In this document: positions 28,057 to 37,187 of the stretch, in pieces
How positions within the stretch are numbered: position 1 is the stretch's first letter
How the letters are laid out: each line of letters starts with the position of its first letter
Assembly (NCBI GenBank): GCA_038046385.1
Contig: JBBSWH010000001.1
Coordinates: 96,001-160,000 of the forward strand
Direction of reading: 5' to 3'
Length of the DNA: 64,000 nucleotides
From: Nanobdellota archaeon
GTDB taxonomy: Archaea > Nanobdellota > Nanobdellia > Woesearchaeales > GW2011-AR4
Notes under the pieces: generated by a model
The model's input: the letters and a program-made list of their open reading frames with translations, nothing else
What the model was told of the DNA's origin: nothing
The model's database searches: none
Program-made: the position numbers and the translations under genes

Positions 28057-30116
28057 GCCACAACACTAACGCCATCCTGCTTCTGCACTCTGATAATATT
28101 CTCAACAAATCCTTCTATCTTGCTTTCGTGAGAAACAATAATGACCTGTTTCATGTTTAACTGCGTTAAAACATCACGGACTTTATCCAGCTGCTCTGTG
28201 GAAAACCCGTCAGTCGGCTCGTCAAGCATTATGATGTCTTTTGTCTTTATCTCGGCGACAATGTCATTGACAACTTTATTTAATGCCAGCCTGTATGCCA
28301 AAGCAACCGATGTCTTCTCTCCGCCGCTTAAATTTTCGATATAAGTTTCATATCCGTTCTGCTCAATTATCGGAGTGAATTCATCGTCAACGCGCACATT
28401 TATCGCCTCATCTTCAATTAAAATATCAAACCAGTTTCTGAATAAATCATTAAACTGCGAATGAATGCTTACCATGACGTGCTTCTCCATCGTTGACATC
28501 AAATTCAGGAACATCTCGTCAATCCAGTTGCTTAACTGCGCAAGATGGGCTATCTTTTCCTTTGCCTTCTGCTTTTCTTCAATTTCCTTTTCAACGTTTT
28601 TCAAAAACCTTGATATTGACAGTTTTTCAGTCTCGTATTTTTTGTGCTCTATCTCGAGGAATCTTTCTTCCGGCAGCAGCAAATCTAGCTCTTTTTTCAT
28701 TTCTTTGTATTTTTCCTCTATGCTTGAATGCTGCTGGATTTTTAAGTTTAAATCAGATTTTTTTGAATTCAGAATCCCGATTTCTTTCTTGACTGTTTCT
28801 TTCAGCTTTGTTTTGTCATCTTTCATCCTTGATTTCTCGTCTATGTTTTCAATTTTTATTTTCAGGATGCTCATTTTATTCTGCTCCCTCATAAGACTGT
28901 CAATTTCATTTTTTAATTCTATTTTTAATTTTGATATTTTTTCATCTTCTTCATTCAATATTCTTATTTTCTCGACAAGCTCTTCGTGCTTTTCGCTTTC
29001 CCTTTCGCTTATTCCGTGCTTATGGTCATCACCGACTTTCTGCTCGCATACAGGGCACATGTCAAGCGATTTTATTTTTTTGATTGTTTCGTTTGAATGA
29101 TCTATCTTCGCTTTGCACTCGCTGATTTTTTTTACTGTTATTTTGTAATTTTCATCCAGTCTTCTCATTTCATTGTCTTTTTCAGTTATCTTTTTGCCGA
29201 TGCTGTTGAAATCCTCAAGAGACTTTCCTTCTGTCTCTGTTTTTAATGCTTCAATCTGCGTTTCAAGCTTTTTTATCTCGTCATTCAAGCGGTTGTTTTG
29301 CTCTATTCTCAACACAAGATTGTTTTCTGCAACATTTAATTCGTTTTTTAAAATTGCAAGTTCTTTAATCTCTTTTTCAACAACTTCAATTGAAAGTTTT
29401 TTTGCTCCTACTATCTTTTTTATCTCTTCAATCTTCGGGAGCATTGCAGTCATCTTGTGGTCAATGTCGAGAATCTCTTTTTTTCTTTCTTCCAACTCTC
29501 TTTTTTTGTAATCCAAATCAATAACAAACCCTTCAAGGTGCCGTTTTTTCTCCCTCAATGCAGATGTGATTATTTTTGCATTCTCTTTTATTGTCTTGTA
29601 CTTATCAATGTTGAACACTTTTCTTAAAGTATCCAATCGCGTTTCCCTGCTTTCGTAGAGTATTTTTTTCATCTCTTCCTGCGGAGTGTAGACTGTGTAC
29701 CTGTAAATCATATCCTTCCCCTTTTTTATCAGGTCTTTTGGATAGCCTAGAATTTCTAAAACAATAGCCCTCAATTCTTCTGACGTTCCGTCTTTCTTTA
29801 ATCCATTTATTATGACATAGCCTGCTTCCTGCTTTATGTCATTTGAGCTTCTCTTCAGCGTTCTTTTTATCAGAATGTCCTTGTTTTCAATCTGCATCCT
29901 TAATTCGACGCTTCCTTCCTTTTTTCCGTGCCTGAGAAGAGTATATGCCGGCAATTCTCCTTTCTTTGCGCCGAAAATTGCAAACTCAACTGCAAGAAGT
30001 ATAGTTGACTTTCCGCATCCGATGTCGCCTGACAATAAAACAGACCCGTTTGGGAAAACAATATCCTGGTTTTCATAACTTCTTATGTTGTTTAATTTAA
30101 TGGATTTTAGGAGCAT
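28053..30116 (-). CDS. rad50: Rad50/SbcC-like SMC ATPase
   Basis: GDIGCGKST Walker A, YTPQ Q-loop, CPVC zinc hook, LSGGE, LDEPT, VSH. Confidence 0.85.
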   Translation of the reverse strand: MLLKSIKLNNIRSYENQDIVFPNGSVLLSGDIGCGKSTILLAVEFAIFGAKKGELPAYTLLRHGKKEGSVELRMQIENKDILIKRTLKRSSNDIKQEAGYVIINGLKKDGTSEELRAIVLEILGYPKDLIKKGKDMIYRYTVYTPQEEMKKILYESRETRLDTLRKVFNIDKYKTIKENAKIITSALREKKRHLEGFVIDLDYKKRELEERKKEILDIDHKMTAMLPKIEEIKKIVGAKKLSIEVVEKEIKELAILKNELNVAENNLVLRIEQNNRLNDEIKKLETQIEALKTETEGKSLEDFNSIGKKITEKDNEMRRLDENYKITVKKISECKAKIDHSNETIKKIKSLDMCPVCEQKVGDDHKHGISERESEKHEELVEKIRILNEEDEKISKLKIELKNEIDSLMREQNKMSILKIKIENIDEKSRMKDDKTKLKETVKKEIGILNSKKSDLNLKIQQHSSIEEKYKEMKKELDLLLPEERFLEIEHKKYETEKLSISRFLKNVEKEIEEKQKAKEKIAHLAQLSNWIDEMFLNLMSTMEKHVMVSIHSQFNDLFRNWFDILIEDEAINVRVDDEFTPIIEQNGYETYIENLSGGEKTSVALAYRLALNKVVNDIVAEIKTKDIIMLDEPTDGFSTEQLDKVRDVLTQLNMKQVIIVSHESKIEGFVENIIRVQKQDGVSVVA

Positions 30117-30241
30117 ACGCATGTTAATGCTGGAAATTATATAAACGTTGTTGTACTTTTATTTAATTGATGATTTTGTTACTACTTAATAGGTAAGTCA
30201 AAATAGAAAGGTTTATAAATGGAGTTTGATGACTAAATTAG

Positions 30242-30616
30242 ATGGTTAGACATTCAAGGGTTAAACTTTCAACAAATAATACATTCAAAGCTCATGACGA
30301 AGGTAGTACACTCGGAGCCACTGGGGAGCCTGCTTCTTTTAAAAGTATTGATGATGCTTTGTTCGATAGTGGAAGATTAAAGGAAAACAGTGCAATAGGT
30401 ACAACTTCTCAGTTCAGCCAAGTAAATTGGAATATTCTTAATGGTTATATTGAAGGCCTTAGCAAATATCTTGCATCTAATAGGCTGGTTGTGCCTTCAT
30501 CCCAAGTTCCTGATAATCTAATATTTCAGCAGGGAACAAACCCGGTTGATGTTTTAAAAACAAGGTCTGGACTTGAAGGATATCTAAAGGGAATGGAAAA
30601 ATTAGCAGACCCTTAA
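30242..30616 (+). CDS. Hypothetical protein
   Basis: 124-aa ORF after TTTATAAA. Confidence 0.6.
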   Translation: MVRHSRVKLSTNNTFKAHDEGSTLGATGEPASFKSIDDALFDSGRLKENSAIGTTSQFSQVNWNILNGYIEGLSKYLASNRLVVPSSQVPDNLIFQQGTNPVDVLKTRSGLEGYLKGMEKLADP

Positions 30617-30631
30617 ATAGACAGGCTTCAA

Positions 30632-31183
30632 TTGGTTTACGATTTTTTAAATCAGAGAAACCCTGGCACAATCCCTGGCATGCAGTCTCGCGACACTCTT
30701 AAAAAATCCGCAGGATATGCTTTGGCAACAATTGTAAGAGTGTTTAGGGAAAATGGAGTAAAGCTTAGGGCAGGAGAATATCCTATTGATACAATCTCCC
30801 GCCATGCAGCAATTCAAATGGCAACCGGAAGAGCTACAAATCCGCGCGGGATGAGGAAAATAGAAAGGGAAGATTCTGAAGCAGTGCGATTTACGGATTT
30901 ACTTTACAAAAGAGACGAGAATGTGGCAAGAGTATTCTTTTTGCTTGATCAAACCAGGAATTTAAGCAAAATGCATGCCAGCAGAGTTTTCGATTACACA
31001 GCTGATCCTAATATTTTTAGGGCATTTCAAGCCGGATGTTTTGGAACTCGTTATAATCCTTTTCCAGATGAACAATCTGGTTTAGGCTCAGACACAAAAA
31101 CAGGAAGGAGATTAATGGACAGAATGGCAGTAGCATATGTAGACGGACAAAACCTTGCTGCAATGAAACAAAGACAACTTTAA
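30632..31183 (+). CDS. Hypothetical protein
   Basis: 183-aa ORF, TTG start, co-oriented with the previous gene. Confidence 0.55.
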   Translation: MVYDFLNQRNPGTIPGMQSRDTLKKSAGYALATIVRVFRENGVKLRAGEYPIDTISRHAAIQMATGRATNPRGMRKIEREDSEAVRFTDLLYKRDENVARVFFLLDQTRNLSKMHASRVFDYTADPNIFRAFQAGCFGTRYNPFPDEQSGLGSDTKTGRRLMDRMAVAYVDGQNLAAMKQRQL

Positions 31184-32151
31184 TCTTTTAATTTTTTCTT
31201 AAGATTTTCAATAACATTAACAGGGGAAGGGTCTATATTATTCAGCAAGGCAAGATAATAAGAAGCAAAATCGCCGTAATAAATGCCGGAGAACATTCTT
31301 GCCAATAATGAATTTCCTTTTGTTGAAACTTCTTCAACATCAACCCTGTTGGAAGTTATTTCTTTTGTTATCATCATTCTTTTCTTTATCCTTTCATGGT
31401 CAAACTCGTCTTTTATGTAGATTGCAATGAATTTGTCTTTGGACATTGTCTGGTAACCGACAAGCTCATTATGGTTTAATTCAGGGAAAACATGAGAGAA
31501 TGCAGGAGATTTGCTGTTCTCATTCAGCTGTGTTTTCCACCTGTAAGCAACCGGCGCAAATAAATCAGAAGCATACACAATAGGGGTTTTGCCTTTTATT
31601 TTTTTAGCCAGTTCCTCTCCTTTTTTCTTGAAATCTTCAGTGTTCGAAAGAACATCAATCATTTCTTTTATTTCTTTTTCATTCAGCTCTATTATTCTGG
31701 AATTTGCAAGAACTCCAAGCATTGGAAGAAACAAATATCCAAGAGAGGCTCTTGGCTGCAATCCGGATGGAATTTTGATTGCTTTCTTTGCTTTCGCTCC
31801 AAGGTCTCCGCCGCTTGTTATCACAACAATCTTGGCTTTTTTCTTTGTTGCAGCATCAAATACCGAAAGCGTTTCTTCCGTGTTGCCTGAATATGAAACA
31901 CAAAATACAAGCGTGTTTTCATCAACAAACCCGGGCAATGAATAATCTTTTACAACAAAGACCGGAATCTTTGAATCGTGCATGTACGATTTAAGCAAAT
32001 CTCCGCCAACAGCAGAACCGCCCATGCCGGCCACAACAATCTTATCGACCTTGCCTGTAACAGCCATCCCTTTTGTTAGCTCAAAAGCAGTTTTGCACTG
32101 GTTAGAGAATCCTTCAAGAACTTTTATCATGTTAGAAGCGTCAGTTGGCAT
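31180..32151 (-). CDS. Bifunctional phosphoglucose/phosphomannose isomerase
   Basis: GMGGSAVGG, SYSGNTEET, QPRA, RWKTQLNENSK, PELNHNE. Confidence 0.95.
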   Translation of the reverse strand: MPTDASNMIKVLEGFSNQCKTAFELTKGMAVTGKVDKIVVAGMGGSAVGGDLLKSYMHDSKIPVFVVKDYSLPGFVDENTLVFCVSYSGNTEETLSVFDAATKKKAKIVVITSGGDLGAKAKKAIKIPSGLQPRASLGYLFLPMLGVLANSRIIELNEKEIKEMIDVLSNTEDFKKKGEELAKKIKGKTPIVYASDLFAPVAYRWKTQLNENSKSPAFSHVFPELNHNELVGYQTMSKDKFIAIYIKDEFDHERIKKRMMITKEITSNRVDVEEVSTKGNSLLARMFSGIYYGDFASYYLALLNNIDPSPVNVIENLKKKLKD

Positions 32152-32197
32152 TTTAAGAATACAGTAAAGCTGATGTATAAAAATGTTTGGTTGAAGA

Positions 32198-32361
32198 GGC
32201 GTTATTGAAAAGTCCTCAGCTTTGAGCTTCGGGATGCCATCGCTCAGCTTGAATTGTATTGCAAGTTTGCATTTTTCTCTCTGGAACTCCGAAAAATGCC
32301 TAGTCCATTATTTTGATAAGCTTCGCATATTGATGGCAACCTTCAACTTTTCAATAACGCC
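32198..32361. mobile_element. MITE, 164 bp, with 16-bp perfect terminal inverted repeats and 8-bp target-site duplication
   Basis: GGCGTTATTGAAAAGT (32198-32213) / ACTTTTCAATAACGCC (32346-32361); GTTGAAGA at 32190-32197 and 32362-32369. Confidence 0.9.
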
Positions 32362-32375
32362 GTTGAAGAAGAGAT

Positions 32376-32789
32376 TTATCGCCTTTTTCTGGGACGCGGG
32401 TCAGGACCGCGCCTTCGTTTTTTATGAAAATCAGAAAGATAATGTGCAATGCCGGTTCTGCTGTTCAAAAAAGATATTGCAGTTTTGACATATTCAGCTG
32501 TATCGGCTCTTATTCTACCTTTGATATCTTCTACCGAATAATCAATACTTATACTAAAACTTTTGGAATTCTGGGCAGAGCGTCTAATGGGGGATTGTCC
32601 ATCTGTCTCACTAACCTGCCCTTCCTCATAAAAAATCTCCTCAAGCGCATGATATTTCATTAGTTTTTGCGCTTGATTAGGAGACGCTTTTGAAACTATT
32701 TCAGCTTCTGCAGCCAAACGGTCTATAGATGACTTTATTGTTCCATAGACTTCTCTATTTGGGCCATCCAATGCTTCTTGTGTTACCAT
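32376..32789 (-). CDS. Hypothetical protein with basic C-terminal tail
   Basis: 137-aa ORF ending KKRRRGPDPRPRKRR. Confidence 0.6.
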   Translation of the reverse strand: MVTQEALDGPNREVYGTIKSSIDRLAAEAEIVSKASPNQAQKLMKYHALEEIFYEEGQVSETDGQSPIRRSAQNSKSFSISIDYSVEDIKGRIRADTAEYVKTAISFLNSRTGIAHYLSDFHKKRRRGPDPRPRKRR

Positions 32790-32962
32790 TTTACAGATAC
32801 CATTATCTTATGCAGGTATTATAGCTGTACTTTTAAACATTCTCACCAATACCTTTTTAAACCAAAATATTATCCTCTAGCTATCGGGAAATGTAGGCAC
32901 AGCTTGCCTGAATCCTTGACGTTTGAGAATATCTCGAACCAGCATAAACAACGGAGGCTAAA

Positions 32963-33535
32963 ATGGGAATGTACAAATATATTAGGGAGGCTTGGAAAAA
33001 GCCGAGAGAAGGCCTGGGTGCATTGTGGCAGCAGCGCCTTATCCAGTGGAGAAAGGAAGAAGTCACAGTAAGGCTGGAAAAGCCAACAAGGCTTGACAAA
33101 GCTCGTTCTTTGGGTTATAAAGCAAAGCAGGGATTCATTGTCGTAAGGCAAAGAGTTGACCGTGGCGGAAGGATGACAAAAAATCCGCGCCATCCAAGAA
33201 GGTCAAAGGCAATGAGCAGAAGAAAAGATCTTACTATGAATTACCAGTCTGTTGCAGAGCAGAGGACTGTTGACAAATATCCAAACTGCGAAGTCCTGAA
33301 CAGCTATTATGTCGGGCAGGACGGAACACATTTCTGGTACGAAATAATTCTTGTTGACAGAGATAGCCCTACAATCTTAGCTGATAAAAACATCAACTGG
33401 ATAACAGAGCACAGGGGAAGGGCTTACAGAGGCCTGACAAGCGCCGGCAGAAAAGGAAGAGGATTAAGGCATAAAGGAAAAGGCGCAGAGAAAATAAGGC
33501 CAAGCTTGAGAGCTCATCACAGGCATGGGAACTAA
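32963..33535 (+). CDS. rpl15e: 50S ribosomal protein L15e
   Basis: PTRLDKARSLGYKAKQG, EVLNSYYVGQDG, RGLTSAGRKGRGL. Confidence 0.98.
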   Translation: MGMYKYIREAWKKPREGLGALWQQRLIQWRKEEVTVRLEKPTRLDKARSLGYKAKQGFIVVRQRVDRGGRMTKNPRHPRRSKAMSRRKDLTMNYQSVAEQRTVDKYPNCEVLNSYYVGQDGTHFWYEIILVDRDSPTILADKNINWITEHRGRAYRGLTSAGRKGRGLRHKGKGAEKIRPSLRAHHRHGN

Positions 33536-33571
33536 ACCCGTTTTTTTCTTTTTTTATTTTTCTTATTTTTT
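33536..33571 (+). terminator. Poly-T terminator after rpl15e
   Basis: Several T runs directly after the stop codon. Confidence 0.5.
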
Positions 33572-33621
33572 AGTAGTTACTAATAGTAAGATTTAAATAA
33601 TAATTTTGATTTCTAGAGTGA

Positions 33622-34005
33622 ATGGCAGTTGAAATGAATGATGGGCTAAGATATCAGATATTTTTAGCGCAGATAAATGGGAGGACAAAATTAACAGAAT
33701 TACAGCAAGGCCCTCTAGAGAATATGGTTTTGTACGTTCCTCACAATTCCAGTACTCTTGATATGGCAAGCGTAACAGCATTGCCCATTAGCGTACTAGA
33801 CTCAGAGTTTATAGTTTTTATGAAGGATGAAACTCATTTGATTGAAATGAGTCGTGGTTCTACCTCACTTCAAGATGTAATAGGAGCAGCGGCCAGGGAA
33901 GCACATAAGCGATTGCATGAATTTGTAACAATTCTTCCGGCTTTTGACCCAAAAGAAGGACCGCTAAAATACTGCTTAGCATTCTATACGCCAACTGTTC
34001 AATAA
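33622..34005 (+). CDS. Hypothetical protein
   Basis: 127-aa ORF after TTTAAATA. Confidence 0.6.
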   Translation: MAVEMNDGLRYQIFLAQINGRTKLTELQQGPLENMVLYVPHNSSTLDMASVTALPISVLDSEFIVFMKDETHLIEMSRGSTSLQDVIGAAAREAHKRLHEFVTILPAFDPKEGPLKYCLAFYTPTVQ

Positions 34006-34056
34006 TTATTCTTTCAAAAAACAGCTTTTAATCAAAAGTTTTCTGCAGACTCTCCC

Positions 34057-34193
34057 AAAAAGTAAACTTTATATTGCAAAAATACTGCGTATTTTTTAAC
34101 ATAAAGTTTCCTAAAAAGTAAACTTTATATTGTGAAAATCTTCGATTTTCTAACATAAATTTCTCGAAAAGCAAAGCTTTTCGTTAAATTTAT
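34057..34193. repeat. Tandem 56-bp repeat with internal hairpins (REP-like)
   Basis: AAAAAGTAAACTTTATATTG at 34057 and 34113; hairpins at 34078-34096, 34134-34150, 34165-34183. Confidence 0.75.
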
Positions 34194-34218
34194 ATACTCC
34201 CTACTCAAGAGTAGGGTT

Positions 34219-34395
34219 ATGCACGAATTAGAATGCAGAAGCTGCGGATACAAATTCAAAAGCGCAAAGATTCCGCCTAGATGCCCCTATTGCTCAAAGG
34301 AAGCAGTTGGATTAAGAAAAGGCGCGCAAGATTTGATTGACGAGACTCTTGACGAAGTAGGCCAGATGGACGAAGAGCGCAGCAGAAGAAATTAA
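34219..34395 (+). CDS. Small zinc-ribbon protein (58 aa, below the ORF track cut-off)
   Basis: MHELECRSCGYKFKSAKIPPRCPYCSKE... has two CxxC; TATA box at ~34189. Confidence 0.8.
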   Translation: MHELECRSCGYKFKSAKIPPRCPYCSKEAVGLRKGAQDLIDETLDEVGQMDEERSRRN

Positions 34396-34420
34396 AAATT
34401 TCTAAATTTTGATTATAGAA

Positions 34421-35863
34421 TCATTCTTTCTTATCTTCAGTTTTCTCTCTTTTGATTAATTTCATTATTGGCTTTCTTCCGTATTTGAAAACAAGCATCC
34501 CGAATATTCCGAAAAGTATTATCGGCGCAATAAAAGGATTCTTTGTCAAAATTCCGTCGCTTCCCACTAGGTTTCCGCTTAAAGATGCAAAACCCGTGCC
34601 TACTTTTTTGTAAAGTGGCCTGTTGTCATGAATCATTACATTTGATGCAAGCACTCCATCTCCTTTACCTTTGGCTACATCAAGAACTTCCTGCAGTGCG
34701 TCTTTTAAAGGGGTGCTGTTTGAAGGGAAAAAAATGCTGTAAACTCCCAAAGGGACTTCTTTTGAAAGGTCTATATCAAGAATTTTGCCAGGCGCTATAT
34801 TCAATTTTTTTGTTATTGGATACTTGTTTAGTTCATTTTGTATAATAAATGTAAGCTCATCTTCAAAAGGAATGTTTCCTATATTCTCTATTTTGACAAA
34901 TTCATTGTCGTAGTTTACCTTAACCTCCCTGACTACGGATATGTTTACCTTGGATACATCCTTGAGGTTCTTGTAATAAGCCGTTAGAATATATTCTCCT
35001 GGCTTTGCAAACTGGCTTAGCTCATATTCTATTTTCTGGTTGCTTTGGATTTCTTTTGCAAAGACTTTGTTTTCTTCTGAATCAGAAAATTCAAGCGAAA
35101 GCGTTACATTGATGACATCGCCGGCCTGGTCAAGCAGTATCGGCGTTATTTCCATCTTTGCTCCGGGAAGAAATTGGCTGCTGCTTAATTCTGACTTTAT
35201 TGATGTAGGAATTGCAGTCACTTCAAGCTCAACATTGGAAGACCCCAGATTGTTTTTTGCATCAAGAACACTTATGCTTATTTCATGCATTCCGGATTTT
35301 ATATCTTTTTTGAGGCTGATTGGCGCTGTGAATTTCCCGTCTTTAACCTCTGCTTCATAATTTTCATCATCAAGGGTTATCTTTGCAGATGCCTTTAATT
35401 CATAATTTCCAAATGATTCTTTTACAAATCCGGTTATGTCGATGTTTTCCCCCGGTAATGCAGTTATCTTATCTTTGAAATTAGCTATTGATAACTGGTC
35501 TATAACTTTGAATGAAGCAGATGTTTTTTGCTCAACAATTGAATTATCGTTTGTAGTTAATTCGCCTGTTATTGCGCAGTCTCCCATCATGGACGCTGTT
35601 GCCGGCAATTCCGGCACATTCAAAGCGGTTGCAAAATTTGCTTCCAAAGCTACAGGCGTCATAAAATACTGCATCTTGTAAGTTCCGCATGAAAGCGTCA
35701 TTTTGAAAAAACCTTCAAATTCTGCGTTTTGTTCAACCGTTGCAGACGCCTTTATCTTGTTGCCTAGATTGTATGAAGGCTGGTCTGTTGTGAGGGAGAT
35801 ATCAGCAAGAGCAGACGGGATAACAATAAAAGCCAGAACAAAAAGCAAGATTATTCTTTTCAT
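34421..35863 (-). CDS. Cell-surface protein with signal peptide, Ig-like domains and C-terminal membrane anchor
   Basis: MKRIILLFVLAFIVIPSALA; TTDQPSYNLG; C-terminal TM followed by basic tail. Confidence 0.8.
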   Translation of the reverse strand: MKRIILLFVLAFIVIPSALADISLTTDQPSYNLGNKIKASATVEQNAEFEGFFKMTLSCGTYKMQYFMTPVALEANFATALNVPELPATASMMGDCAITGELTTNDNSIVEQKTSASFKVIDQLSIANFKDKITALPGENIDITGFVKESFGNYELKASAKITLDDENYEAEVKDGKFTAPISLKKDIKSGMHEISISVLDAKNNLGSSNVELEVTAIPTSIKSELSSSQFLPGAKMEITPILLDQAGDVINVTLSLEFSDSEENKVFAKEIQSNQKIEYELSQFAKPGEYILTAYYKNLKDVSKVNISVVREVKVNYDNEFVKIENIGNIPFEDELTFIIQNELNKYPITKKLNIAPGKILDIDLSKEVPLGVYSIFFPSNSTPLKDALQEVLDVAKGKGDGVLASNVMIHDNRPLYKKVGTGFASLSGNLVGSDGILTKNPFIAPIILFGIFGMLVFKYGRKPIMKLIKREKTEDKKE

Positions 35864-35923
35864 TGGCTAAAATGGCTATATCTTGTTTATATAATTTACT
35901 ATTATAGAATGGTTGTTGTAACC

Positions 35924-36331
35924 CTATAATCCCAATCTGGAATCAATTTCTTTGGCAACTTCCTTAAGATCTTCGCATGCTCTCTTGATGTCGCGTTCAA
36001 CTTCGTCAACAAGAGACTTAAGATTGTCAACTCTTAGAATGTATTTGTTGCCTTCATGAACAACAAGCCCTGCTTCAATCAGCTTATTTATGTGATGAAC
36101 TATTGTTCCCCTTGAAAGCGCAAGCCTTGCAGCAAGAACGTCGCTTGAAAGTGTTTCTTTTGCTTTGGCAGATTTTACTAGCTCTATAAATACTCTAAAG
36201 CAGCTCTTGTCTTTGTCCCTCATGTTAAACAACCCAAGAGATGAGCCAAACCATTGAAGCTCATGATTTATATTATGTTCAATGGGCTTTCTTATGTTTA
36301 CTATGGTTATTCTCTGCCTTATGTAGGCCAT
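35924..36331 (-). CDS. Winged-helix transcriptional regulator divergent from grpE-dnaK
   Basis: LSSDVLAARLALSRGTIVHHINKLIEAGLV. Confidence 0.85.
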   Translation of the reverse strand: MAYIRQRITIVNIRKPIEHNINHELQWFGSSLGLFNMRDKDKSCFRVFIELVKSAKAKETLSSDVLAARLALSRGTIVHHINKLIEAGLVVHEGNKYILRVDNLKSLVDEVERDIKRACEDLKEVAKEIDSRLGL

Positions 36332-36431
36332 AATCCTCACTTTAGGCCCCAGATATATAAACTTTTGCCGAAGTATTTATATACTAGTTGGTTTTACCAT
36401 CCTTTTGTTGACTTAAGGTCAACCAAACAAA

Positions 36432-36980
36432 ATGAAGCAAACACAAGAAAAAAAGGAAGCTGAAGAAGTGTCAGCGGAAGCAGAAACCAAACTTGAATCA
36501 AAGATTCAACAAGGTTTCAGCAAAGCAGAGACCACCTCCAAGGAACAGGTTGATGAAAAATCCATCAAAATAGAAGAGCTTACTGACACTTTGAAAAGGC
36601 TTCAGGCAGAATTCGAAAATTACAGGAAAAGGATAGACAAAGAAAGAACAGAGTTTGCAAAATACGCAAACGCAAGCTTTGTTGAAAAAATGCTGCCGGT
36701 GCTTGACAGCTTCGAATTAGCATTAAAAAATACAGAAGACAAGGAAAAGTTCCTTGCAGGTGTCAAAATATTATTTGCGCAGTTTTATTCAGCATTGCAA
36801 TCACAAGGGCTTAAGCCAATAAAAACAAAAGATGAAAAATTCGACCCATTTAGGCATGAAGTTTTGATGAAGGAAGCATCAGACAAGCCGGATGAAACAA
36901 TACTGGAAGAGTTCCAGAAAGGGTATATGCTGAATGAGAAGGTTTTGAGGCACAGCAAGGTAAAGATTAGCGGGAAGTGA
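36432..36980 (+). CDS. grpE: Nucleotide exchange factor GrpE
   Basis: RLQAEFENYRKR, FDPFRHE, QKGYMLNEKVLR. Confidence 0.96.
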   Translation: MKQTQEKKEAEEVSAEAETKLESKIQQGFSKAETTSKEQVDEKSIKIEELTDTLKRLQAEFENYRKRIDKERTEFAKYANASFVEKMLPVLDSFELALKNTEDKEKFLAGVKILFAQFYSALQSQGLKPIKTKDEKFDPFRHEVLMKEASDKPDETILEEFQKGYMLNEKVLRHSKVKISGK

Positions 36981-36994
36981 TAAAATATATTTGA

Positions 36995-37043
36995 GCAAGG
37001 TCAGATGCCTTGCGAGGGTAAACATTGTCCGAAGGACGGAAAA
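36995..37043. repeat. REP-like intergenic hairpin element
   Basis: GCAAGG..CCTTGC and GTCC-GAA-GGAC hairpins followed by GGAAA, as at 13276-13296. Confidence 0.4.
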
Positions 37044-37187
37044 ATCAAATTACAAAAACAATAATAAAACACAATAACAAAAAACGCATTGACAAATAAC
37101 ATCAACAAAAAATCAATTAAAATAAATTCAAATAATAAAATTATCAAATCAAATAAAAACAAATCATTAAACAAAATTTAAAAAATA

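Noticed and set aside
28053-30116. Rad50-like ATPase as a Wadjet/Lamassu-type defence SMC
   Set aside because: Has a canonical zinc hook and Rad50 motifs with no defence partners adjacent; mre11 may simply lie elsewhere
32222-32488. 88-aa ORF across the MITE as a transposase remnant
   Set aside because: No DDE or zinc-ribbon motif, and it extends beyond the element antisense to another ORF
34057-34193. Possible mini CRISPR array (20-bp repeat, 36-bp spacing)
   Set aside because: Only two repeats, the intervening sequences resemble each other and are palindromic, and there are no cas genes in the window
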